NCBI GenBank assembly: GCA_973895155.1
Contig: OZ316894.1
Span: 10,321,774-10,385,773 of the forward strand
Reading direction: 5' to 3'
DNA: 64,000 nucleotides
Source: Marsupella aquatica
Taxonomy: Eukaryota > Plantae > Marchantiophyta
The position numbers and the translations under genes are program-made. Below, one piece after another: positions 12,401 through 23,416 of this stretch. The notes beneath the pieces were generated by a model. The model saw only the letters and a list, made by a program, of their open reading frames with translations, searched no databases and was not told the DNA's origin. Numbering within the stretch: position 1 is the stretch's first letter; each line of letters begins with the position of its first letter.

Positions 12401-12758
12401 GTTTGGTGGCTGATTCAGAATTACCTTCAATATTGTCAACTGGGTCATCAATGACATAAGCTGACTCTATTTGACCTCCAAGATTCATGTCATTTGCATG
12501 GCGGACATCTTGCCGATCCCACAAAACAACGGAGTTCACCGACTCTCCTACTAGATCAGCTCCCAGATGTGGATACGGCAGCTGTGCAAGGTGAAAGAAA
12601 GCATTGTCCACCGCCACACTTATCCGTTCTGCTCCAAGCAACACAGAGTGGCAGGTGTCGAAAGGTAGAACACAAAAAACCTTTCCACCAGCAACTGGTT
12701 GTTCATTGATAAGCAAGTGAACGACTTCTCCAGGTAGAAGCTGCGTTCTTGAAGCCAT
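9448..12758 (-). pseudogene. DDD transposase of element A (Sola1/DUF7869-like), disrupted
   Basis: Cys-rich CC..CC and FAKCDLC motifs, then IHDKMDQAKT, LQLDNSGKDNKN (~10680-10715) and FLMVGHTHEDVDA (~10575-10615). Frameshift near 11930 and premature TGA at 10726. Confidence 0.85.
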
Positions 12759-12899
12759 TTTGGATCTAAGGAAAAAAGATTACAACAAAAACATCTTTTA
12801 AAACATCCTACACGAGGCTCGTGTGAAAATCTCTAACTCGAATGTAAGCAAATATCACAGACCTGAAAATTCACCTCCAGTTTAAACAAGCAATGAAGA

Positions 12900-13530
12900 G
12901 AAAATTCTATTGTATCTTAGACAAGGGGAACAACACGAGACTCGTGTAGACAATCAAACATCCAAAATTCAATAGAGATTACTACTGAATACACAATAGT
13001 AGGCTCTTGAAACTTCTACACAGAGATGGATATTCTGAAATGAGTATTCTTCTTAGAGAAACTTTCTATGGAACGTTGTATTTGGATAGACGAGGGGAAC
13101 AACACGAGGCTTGTGTAGACAATCCAAAGTCCAATATTCAATAGAGATTACGATTGAATACACACTAGTAGGCTCTTAAAACTTCTACACAGAGATGGAT
13201 ATTCTGAAATGAGAATTCTTCTTAGAGGAACTTTCTATTGAAAGTTGTATTTGGATAGACGAGGGGAACAACACGAGGCTCGTGTAGACAATCCAAAGTC
13301 CAATATTCAATAGAGATTACGACTGAATACACACTAGTAGGCTCTTAAAACTTCTACACAAAGATGGATATTCTGAAATGAGAATTCTTCTTAGAGGAAC
13401 TTTCTATTGAAAGTTGTATTTGGATAGACGAAGGGAACAACACGAGGCTCGTGTAGACAATCAAAAGTCCAAAATTCAATAGAGATTACTACTGAATAAA
13501 CATCAATAGGCTCTTAAAACTTGTACAGTT
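12900..13530. repeat. 169-bp tandem repeat (~3.7 copies) upstream of the A transposase ATG, one palindrome per unit
   Basis: CAACACGAG-N-CTYGTGTAG at 12931, 13100, 13269 and 13438. Confidence 0.93.
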
Positions 13531-13619
13531 AAACAACATCCCAATGGGAAAGACTCAAGCAAATACATTCACATACTAACACAATCACTAAAACAAAATT
13601 GAAAATGACAGGAGCAGTA

Positions 13620-14260
13620 CCTGAAACAACAGAGCACGCTTTAACAAAAGTCCAACCTTGGACTGAAGGCACGAATGAGTCAGATCTCAAACAATGACTT
13701 GCACGAAGTGGTCTGTCACGTTATATAGTGAGTGGGGGTGCGAGAATGTCAGACTTTCAACTCTACCAGATTGTCGTGTAGTACTTTTTTGTGGCGGCGT
13801 GGAGTGTGGTGAGCAGCCATTTCCATAAATGCAGATTGGTTTGGCGGCGGGTGGTGGTTCGCCATGTTAGTGACACGTCCTCCACCAGATCCCGAGTGTC
13901 AGGTTTGGCGGCCGGGTAGCGACCGCAATCATTGTTGCAACCGCAAGGGGTATATGTTGCTTTCCAGCTCGCTGTCGCTCTCATTCTCTTTCTCTGTCAA
14001 TCACGCTCTCTCTCGCTCTCTCTCTCTCTCTCACGCTCGGCCCTTAGATTGTTTCACGCTCTTTCACGCTTGCCTCGGACTATAAAAGGACCTCGGGCCT
14101 CGGACCTTGGATCATTTGTGTTTTCTATTTGTTTTTGCTCAACTGGTCAGTGCTTGACATTGTCGTGGAGGAGTTCGCACGTGCGAGGGCAATGACGACT
14201 TCTTTGGCAGAAAATGATGCCGGCTTACTTGCTCTGGCTGCATTGAGGAAGCTCAAAGGT
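13620..14260. promoter_or_regulatory. Probable bidirectional promoter region of element A
   Basis: GC-richer interval with a CT microsatellite and TATAAAA at ~14081, between a minus-strand donor (~13620) and a plus-strand donor (AG|GTAA ~14259). Confidence 0.45.
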
Positions 14261-14529
14261 AATTTTGACCTGCATTTCTCTGTTTTCTATGGATTGTGCT
14301 AAACTTGAGTCTGCTCTACACGAGAGTCGTGTAGAATGGGTCTCTTTCATCGACCCATACTCTCTATTTGAGAGCCCTTATGTCAGAATTTAGAATTTCC
14401 TGTTCAGTTCTACGCGAGTCTCGCGTAGACCGTTTCTCCAATCTTGGAAGACAATGGATTTCTACGCGACTGTCGTGTAGAAACTCAGGTTCTGTAGAGT
14501 GTTAAATCCTCGTTCGGAGGTAGTACCAT

Positions 14530-14967
14530 TTGGAATCAAAACATTATTCATGTGACTTTATTCTTTCAACTTTTCTAGAGGAAGGCGCTCATTGCAAGGA
14601 CGATTTGGAGAAGATTGAGGGATTGTTGCAAAAAAGTATTTCTGCTTTTGATATGAGTTTGATGGAGAATTCCATTCTCCAAAAAGCGTTGGAGGATGGA
14701 AAGGAAGCAATAGAATACGAGCGGGAGCAGATGTTTGCAAAGTATCGATGGGCACAGATCCAACATTTGACTACTTGCGACGTAGCGACAAAGTCCATGA
14801 AAGCTTCTCTTGAGATGGAGAAGTTTCAAGATCGTCAAGTTCATGACTTGCGCCAGGAGCTGGCCGATGGCCGAGAGAGGGAAAGACAATTGGATACCAA
14901 AGTGCGATGGATTGAATTGGAAAAAAACAATTGTTGCCTTCATGCCACATGTGTTCGCATACTTTGA
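14530..14967 (+). CDS. Hypothetical coiled-coil protein, element A
   Basis: 145-aa ORF with heptad-like L/E/K pattern; no family recognised. Confidence 0.35.
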   Translation: MESKHYSCDFILSTFLEEGAHCKDDLEKIEGLLQKSISAFDMSLMENSILQKALEDGKEAIEYEREQMFAKYRWAQIQHLTTCDVATKSMKASLEMEKFQDRQVHDLRQELADGRERERQLDTKVRWIELEKNNCCLHATCVRIL

Positions 14968-15365
14968 GTTAGGGTTCTCTTATGTTTCTAGCGGATCAGA
15001 TTGTTTTCTTAAATCTGGACAATGTTTTAACTCCGAATGATGATGAGCTCAAATGGCTCATACGACTATCTCCAGAGATCTGATAGTCATTTTTTGCAGG
15101 ATCATTTACACGCCAAAGAGGCCAGAGGTCTGATAGTCATTTTTGCGGGACCGTTTACACGCCAAAGAGGCCATTTTGTAAAGGATGTTTTGACATCATT
15201 TTGTTTGTAATGAATCAACAGTTTTTCGGCTCACTTTATTTTCTATGCGAGTGTCGTGCAGATGTTTGACATATTTCTCCTTGTCTTCTAGGAGTTTGCT
15301 CTGTTTATTTCCGTTTTGACAGGCTTCGCATTGAAACTCCGACGGTCACAAAACTTCAGAATATT

Positions 15366-18300
15366 TTGGCGACAGTGAATTCATGGTCTTTTGAATTGCA
15401 ACCAGTCAAAGGCAACTACCGTTTGATTGTGAGGGGAGTTAAAACAGAAAATGGACGAAGAAACTTTGTGAGTTTTGGCACTCTCGCAGACTGTACGAGG
15501 TTTGCGCCCCCAAAGGACAACCCATCTCTTCTGCTGACATTGGAGTGTGAGAGTTCTTGGAATTTCAAGCAGATGGTTGCTCCACTTCTTGGGTTTTGCT
15601 CAGCACATTGTCTTGAACCTTACAACCAGAACACAAATGTTGTCTCTTGCGGTTTCTTTGATCCTTTAGTGGATAGATGGCTGTCACCTGATCGGGTCTT
15701 TATGGCTGATGAAATAATTCTAGGGCTTGGACGGGTCTCCTATCTCATGAAGCAGTCCGAAAATTTTATCTCTCGGACACGAGAGGTGGATCACATAATG
15801 CGGATGAAGATCCCAGACGATGACTGGAGGAGAAAGATGACTATTTCTCCGAATGTTGTGTTCATGAAACACTTCAGTGAGACAAAGGTGGAGGAATGGA
15901 TTCGAGAGCATCCAGTAATCCAAGACTTGGTACGCCCAAAGAAGAAAGAAGCTGGTGGAAAAGAGATTGACGATGATGATGGGGAGGGAAAGGACGAGGA
16001 GGACTCCTTCGAGGATGACTCGTCCGCCTCTGGAGAGAGCAAGTCCCATGAAACGATATCAGTCTATGAGACAGAAAATGAGGATGACGGAGAGGAGGGA
16101 AGTGTCCAAGAAGAGAGCAAGAAGACTTTTCATAATCGGGCGGGGTCAGAGAATGAGTCAGAGTCAACAAGTTTAGAAGGTGCAGTTGAACTAACCAACG
16201 ATGATGGTGAGAGTGGGGAATTCAACAAAATGAGGTCATCCCACCAGCAAAGCCTCCAACAGAGAAGCGATACGCAAAGACTTCAAAGGGAGTTTCGCCC
16301 AGGAAGGGGAAAGCTGGTGTCGTGTCAGAGTCATCCACACCCAGTTGGAAGAAAAAAGCAGTGGATGAAAAATCACCATCAGGGAAACTAGGCCAGAAGA
16401 AGGTTGATTTTGAGAAAACAAAAGAAGAAGCTAAACTACCTCAGAAGAGAGTGAGAGTCGTTGATCAAGCAGATGAGCCGCCTGCGGCAAAAACAGGCCG
16501 CAAGAAGGTTCAACGGGAAGAACAAAAAGAAGACAAGAAACCATCTCGAAAGAGAGTTCTTGTTTCTGACCAGTGCGAAGTCGTGCCTCAAGTGAAAGGT
16601 GGAAAAAACTTATCTTTGATTGATAAACAAGAAGAGGCAACATCTTCTCGGAAGAGAATTCAAGTTGTCAAGGAAGCGCAAGGAATACGAAAATCAAGCA
16701 AAGCAAAGAAAGTCGCTTCACCAGAAAAACCTGAGGAGGAGAAACCGACTCAAAAGTCTCGGGTTGGACAGAAATCTGAGTCGGTCAGGAAGAAAGTTGA
16801 GAAGGTTGAACCGGAGATCAGGACGCTGAAGCGAAAGGGAGTCGTAAAAGATCCTGCACCAAAGGGAAACAAAAAAGCAAAACTTGATGTTGAATCAGTA
16901 GTTGTGGAATCAAGGGCAAAGCCTCCTAAGCAAAGGGGAACGACCACAGAGTCGGCTGAAATTGTTGTGAAAACTCCCATGGTCAAAGCCGTGGGGAAGA
17001 AGGCCCCAAACGTTGAGAAGCAGGCTGTCATCACCTCTCAAGCTGTCGTTCGCAAGCCCAAGAAAGCAAAGAAAAATCAGGAAGCTGTTGAGAGAACCCT
17101 AGTTCCGCGAAGCTAGTTGTCGACCGTGCTCGTCTGGAGACTGCAGAAAAAACATTGGAGTTGAATAAGTCTTGGTATTGTTTCGAGATATTCAGATTTT
17201 TTTCTGTCCCGGTTGAAAACATCCATCCCCCTCCTGCCAAGATGAATGAGAGACTCCTCAATGAGGAGCATGTCAACCATCTTGCACAACTGATGATGAC
17301 AAATGCAGGGCAAGAACCTTTACCTGCAGATTTGGTTCCTTACAAGATGATCGACGGAGTACCGAGTTTAATTGACCTTGCGGGAAAGGACATTGACACC
17401 AAGAAGCTTGCGGAATTCAAGTTCTTTGCCATCAGTGGTCAACATTCCACAATGGCCGCCAAGAAAATTATCCGGAGTTCAAAGACCCAACCATCTCTCA
17501 TGCAAACAGCCAATTTGCTCAAATATCGTTGAGCGCGAATTCTCAAAGGGTCAACTCCGGTGAAAGTTCTTGTGGAAATTTCACACGCAAACAACCTTCA
17601 GGCGGAGGCACATCGGTTTTCATCTCCATTTATTGATCAAGTGAAACATGCAAGAATGCAATACAGTGATATGGGGCGACCAGCTCGTCCACTTCCATCG
17701 GGTCGAAAATCTCCAGAATTTCAGGTAGGTTCTCCATGAGAGTTGTGAACAAAATCCTTTCTACGCGAGAGTTGTGTAGAGCCTTTCCAGTATTTGGGGA
17801 TTCGAAACTTTGAGCTGGCTAACTTTGAGTTGTTTGGTCTTTCCTCCCAGGAGTATGAAACACTTGCGAAAGTTACGTTAAAGGTGAATAGCATCAGCGA
17901 GTACAATTGGATTTTGTTTGCTCCCGAGAAGCTCTACTCTTTATGGAGAGAGGTTTGCAATAATTGGCTCAAGGGTAATCTTTTGGATTCATCCGGACAA
18001 ATGACAGGAAAATCGAAAGAAGCAAAACAGTTGACAGGGACAACATTCCGGGTTTTTGAGGGTGCCGTAGAATCCGACATCTTGGAAATCCTCCACAAAG
18101 TGAATTTGGGGGAGGCGCTTTTGATGAAAAAAAAACATGCTTTGACTGATCTTCCCGCCATGTCAGAATTGGCAAGAAAAGCAAAGTATACGGAGAAACT
18201 TAAGGGGGCAATACTTCGATTCTATCGGGAGAAGTACGAAGGGGTTTTCTTGCAAGGATCAACTTGGGGTGATGTAGTTCAGCAATATAATTTCACTGAT

Positions 18301-20121
18301 GAGGAATTGGATCGTTGTTGTGCAATGGTGGACACTGGATATTTCAAGAGCCTTGTGAAGGTGTCACTAAAAGCAGAGATGCCGGAGCCACTGAAAAATA
18401 GGTTGAGAAATATTCACCAAAAGAGGTTTGGCGGCCATCTCCGCGCAAGGATGGATCCTTACCGAGTTTTCTATACTGGAAATCTGCTCGCGTCTACTGA
18501 TCCTCCTTTTGATTCGGCTAGCTGCAAGGAGTCAATATTGGCATCTCTAGCCATTGTTGATTTGACCCATACTGGAAAACCGGTTTGGACGCAGTCCGAA
18601 ATCTTGAACTTCTTGAAGATCGTCGTGAATATCCCAACAAATGATCTGGTAACAGTTGTTTTTTTTGTTCGTCCTGGTATTATTCTTGCAAGAATAATTG
18701 AAGTTGTTTGAGATCTCCCGGAGAACTATAATGCGCACCTTGAATATGGTTCGTTCATGAGGAGTTCTATGGTTAATGCTCCTTTGCAACACATGAGAGG
18801 CCATGCGGACATGGTTCTTTTCCTTGGCGTCTCCCAAGATCGGGTTCCTGATTGGGAAAAGCATTTCAAGGATTTTACCGGTCACTTTGTGTTGGAGGAG
18901 TCCGACCTCGAGGAGACAATCAAGCCAAGTCGAGAGGATTATTCCGATATTTCGAAGAATGATATGCAGGAGAAAAAAAGGGACACATTGATCTCACGAC
19001 TTGAAGGCCTTGTTCCTTTCAAATTGACGACTAGACGGCCATTCACATTGAATATTAAGCCCAGTCGCATCCTACAGAGTTTTATTCATGCATTTTCGAG
19101 GGAGGAAATTGTCCTGGATTTTTTCACAGGAGGGCAGGTACTGAAGAATGCATTGATGCTTGAGCGTGAGTGTTTTTCATTCTGCTCTGACCATGAGGAT
19201 GTCTCTGACCTCACGGCTTATGCAGAGAATCTTAAAGTGTTAGTTCCGGTTGCACAATTTGCCAAATCATTGTGGAAACCTCCTGGCCTTGAAGGGAGTT
19301 CGACTCATAACTCCAATGCTAGTGGAGCAAAAGAGGGCCAGCATTATCAGATTGTCGGTACAGTTTTACATTACGCCGGGGTGGAAGCGGAGGAAAAGTT
19401 TATAAGTTCCATTGGGGAGATGAGTATTGGTCCATCAGTCGTTCCAATTGCAAGTTGCGAAGGATTTCCTCTTGTAATGGCTGAAGGAGGTTATGGTTTG
19501 GCAGATAATTCTGAAAACTTACAGGCGGGCACGGGGTTGATTGCGTTCAACGAAAATCTGGAAGATGTTGTGGATGATGTCTCCCTACACACGTATCATG
19601 TAGATCCTCCAGGGTTAGAGTGCAACAGAGGTGTTGAGCAATCTCTTCTGGTTGATGCTTCAGTTCTTCGAAGTGGCCCAGTTTTTGATGATTGTGAGGC
19701 AAAAAATACACTCAAGGATGTCGAGAAGGGGGTGGTGGATTGTGGACCCTTAAAAGAGATTGTTGTGGAGGAGGTTGGGATTGTGGAAAAAGATCACACT
19801 CCGATTGAATTTCAATGCGATGACAATGTTGACTCTCGTAGCGCTGAAGTAACAGGAGAGAATGATAACTCATTTTCTCTCACAGCGAATCCAGAGGTGT
19901 CAGAGAGGCGAGTCGATTGTGCGGAGGCAACCAATGAGGCAGGTGCCAATTTCCTCTCTCTTGTCTCAAGTCATAAAGTTCTAAGCATAAACAAATGTCC
20001 TCTCCCATCTCCGGATCCAATGGATAACAAAATGAGGATTGACAATTGCCTCAGTGATGTTTTGGATCAGGATGCGGTTCTAGTCAGGACTAATGGGTGC
20101 CTAATAACTCGTGGACAATGA
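15366..20121 (+). pseudogene. Element A ParB-like + helical + DNA-MTase-like multidomain gene (disrupted)
   Basis: ParB/Srx-like RLLNEEHVNHLAQLM…FFAISGQHSTMAA…HANN (17200-17600); intron ~17725-17790; LAIVDLT and KPSRILQSFIHAFSREEIVLDFFTGG…ERECF MTase-like motifs; TGA stops at ~17530 and ~18709; frameshifts near 16350 and 17110. Confidence 0.75.
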
Positions 20122-20236
20122 TTTCTGCGCGAGACGCGTGTAGAGGGATACAGACGGGGTATTTGATTTCAAGTGGTCTTTGGTCAAGATTGTTGCAATG
20201 ACTAACCATCCGGACTCGATATTTTTATGTTTGCAG

Positions 20237-21293
20237 AGTTTGTTCCCAAACTCCACTCAGAGATCAAGCGAAAGCTCTTGATTTTTGACCTTAATAAGGT
20301 TTGTTTTGATTCCGTAAAGAGTAAAAGCTCCGGACCATTTCGGAGGCTCACATCTGTGAGGGGCGTTCACTGGGGAAGACGGGGCGGGAACACATTTATG
20401 TATGTGGAGCGTCCAGGACTTCACAAATTTTTGCAAGTGATTTTCAAGTATTACGATGTCGCGATATGGACTTGCGCGGGAAGGCCGAGAACAAATGAAA
20501 TGATGGATCTTGTTTTCAACGATGCTGAACGAAAGCAGTTCAAGTTTGTATCACCCAAGAAGAAACGTTTGACACTGGCTTTTTGAGGTCAGATATTACG
20601 GATGGGAAGGCAAACATACTTCTCAAGGAAATCCAAACTATTTGGGATCGTTTTGGCAATAGATATGGTCCGACAAATACTGTTCTCATTGATGACTCTC
20701 CTATGAAGTGTTTCGCGAATCCAAATGTTAACACGTTGTTTCCAGTTCCATTTGTTCACAACATGGGAGGCGACACTTTTCTGATGGAGATATTGCTTCC
20801 ACTTGTTCAAAGAATGCACAATGCTTTTGATGTAAGACACTTTCTGAATGTTAACTACCCAAAATGGTCCGCCTACAATAAGGGTGAAGCCCAAAGGAGG
20901 CATTGTGATATCTTTGCAGGACTCACTCAAGCCTGGGGGCACCGCGTTGCTGGCATCGTCGATAATTTCACTGTCCTTGATCACTCGGCAGACGAGATTT
21001 CCTGGGAAGTGAAGCATACCGTGCAAAGTTTGCCACCGGTGCAGGATATGAGTGACCGTGACATCAATTCAATTGCTAAAGGTCTACTTGGAGATGGTTA
21101 TTCCGACCCATATTTGCAAAATAAGCGGCAATTTGTTTGGGAAGTCCTAAAAACTAGGGACCTTACTTCTAAGTTTAGAAACTTGTATCCTAAAGACACT
21201 TGCAACCGAGATAGAAAGTTTGATAAGTCAGGAAGTAGACTTACTTGCTCAAATATGTTTTGTAGCAACACACATTCAATGATCGTTATTTAA
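20237..21293 (+). pseudogene. FCP1/SCP (NIF)-like HAD phosphatase exon of element A (frameshifted)
   Basis: KLLIFDLNKV, ERPGLHKFL, YDVAIWTC, LLKEI, NTVLIDDSPMKCFANP; acceptor TTGCAG at ~20236; frameshift near 20570. Confidence 0.82.
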
Positions 21294-21621
21294 AAATTTG
21301 GAGACTTGTAATATTGACGGGAGGCCTATTACAAGTAAACAATTGTTATGGACTTCTGTATGGTTCCCGTTAGTGGGTGACAATGAAAATGTGACATTAC
21401 TCATGTGACTATTCTCCACCAAATTCGTACGCCAAAAATGTATTTTACATGGATTTGGAAATTTCAACTGGTGTTTAGGAAACTTGAAAGAGTGTTCTAG
21501 AAATTCCAGTTCCAAGTTTTGGAAACTTCATTTAAGGTTGTTGGATAATGTATTTATTTAATTTGGAAATTTTACCAAGCCACTTTGGAAAAAAGAATTT
21601 CCAGAATTAGTGAAATCACTG

Positions 21622-23416
21622 ATAAGAGCGACACCTTGGTACCTGAGATCAAATAGCTTGCAATTTTTTTCAAGTCGCAATCTTCAAGCCCTTACATGTG
21701 CTTGAAGAATCTCCTCTTCAGATGCCATGTGGTGCGATCAACATACGGCTTTGCTTTTGACTGCATCACTCGATTGGATTGGACTAACACACCATCTTTA
21801 GACAAGCGCTAAACCTCCATCCACAATTCAAATGTGTCGTCCTTCATTTTGAATAAAAAAGGGGCCATCTCAATAAATCTCATATTCCCATTCTCGATCA
21901 CTGTATTCGGATATGCAATTCTTGCGGCAGCACAAAAAGGCTGCACAATACAAATCAATAATTTAGATACTCACATTCCCTCTCGGACGGCACACTGTTC
22001 CGTCGCTCAGTTGCAACCCATGAAATTCAATAATGGAGCAACTTCAAAATTTCTAGAGAGTCGGGAAAAATCTCTATTTCAGATCATGACATTCCTGCCC
22101 TGACAAAACACAGATCATGACATTCCTGCCTTCTTTCCTCAACTTACGAATAATCTTACCTTCCATGTGGAGCTTGCTTTTTGTCCACTCATTGAGGGCG
22201 GTCTTCCTGCAGATACCCAGATTTTCCTCACTTGTTTTGCCATTAATAAGAACTGACTCTCGGGCATTGTAGCCTTGTTCATATTGTTCAAAGCCTGGGA
22301 GAGGCCCATGATCTTCGTGTTCCCAGAAAAGTTGAATGGCGTCCAAAAAAGAGTAGCTGTCACGGTCATTAGATTTTGCTTTCTTGCTTCATCAAACTTG
22401 GGGTCTGCAATAAGTAATTTGTAAGCCTCAATTGTGTGTTGTCTTCCCACTATCCAATAGTAGCTCGCGCTCACATCTGTGAGAGTTGGCCTCGTCTTGA
22501 AAGGGGCCCCATTGTAATTTGGATCGACCTTGGCGCGTTCTTCATCCCACTGGATAAGCACCAAGTAAACACGGTTCTTCTCTAACGTGAGGGACGAGTG
22601 ACCCATCATAGAACCCTTCAACACCTCACAGTATTTCCTGTCAAAAACTCGACATTTGTATTCGTCCGGCCCTAATTTACACTTAAAAGTCTCTAACTCA
22701 AACGACTGTCCATTGAAAAGAGTCACGTCCTTGTATTCATTCATCAGAGTACTAAACATCTCCTTTGCATTTTTTTCGTTCACCTCCTCTAGAAGATTTT
22801 CGGGGCGGATTTCTTTTTTTCGTCCAACAGAGAATATCCGGACAAAATCGGTCTTACTCCACTCAAATATTTTTGTAAAATATTCGACTATGCTTTCACC
22901 CGAAACATCTTCAGGAGTCATTGGGAATAAGTGTTCACCATTTAGGAGTTGATAGGATGCAGAATCTCTATATTTTTCTGCTTCTTTGAGTGCCTTGTCA
23001 ACTGCATCCTGATCAAACTTATTGTAATCTGGAAGCCTCATACAGAAGGCAAGCTTTGTACCATCCTCAATGTCCTCCATTAAGAGACATATACACTCCT
23101 GGTAGTCTCTTAAACCGAGGTTGTTCTTGACCAAAGAACCCACAATCCGGTGGTCCGAGATTACTGCAAATGAATCAGTTTCAAAACACAGAAACAGGCT
23201 TCCACCATACCAAACAACTCCCCACTTTGTACATTTCTCCATCTTAAACGGATGCACTGCTTTCGACTCATCACAAATCACATTCCGCAACTTTGCACCT
23301 TTAAACTTCCCCAAAGAAATATTGATATTTTCAGTCGAAACCTTTCGGACCTTTGTCCTGCGAGTATTTTTGCTCTCCCCCTTCCTCTTGGACCCCGATG
23401 CTTCATTTGAAGCCAT
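21622..23416 (-). pseudogene. 5' half of the element-B ParB-like gene
   Basis: YKCRVFDRKYCEVLKGSM…YWIVGRQHTIEAYK…LSQALN (ParB-like GxH motif); donor near 22159; downstream LKRRFFKHM*GLEDCDLKKIA aligns with element A LTGTTFRVFEGAVESDILEIL. Confidence 0.75.

Larger units (their letters stand above)
6870..21621. mobile_element. Giant DNA transposon A (~14.75 kb), TIR-bounded, 2-bp AT TSD
   Basis: Left CAATACTTTCACTAACTCTGGAA vs right reverse complement CAGTGATTTCACTAATTCTGGAA (19/23). AT on both flanks, TTGGAAA-type subterminal repeats at both ends, and excision leaving one AT restores the host frame. Confidence 0.88.

Noticed and set aside
12900-13530. Regularly spaced palindromes resembling a CRISPR array (also 60700-60960)
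   Set aside because: The intervening sequences are near identical rather than unique spacers, the context is eukaryotic, and no cas genes are present.
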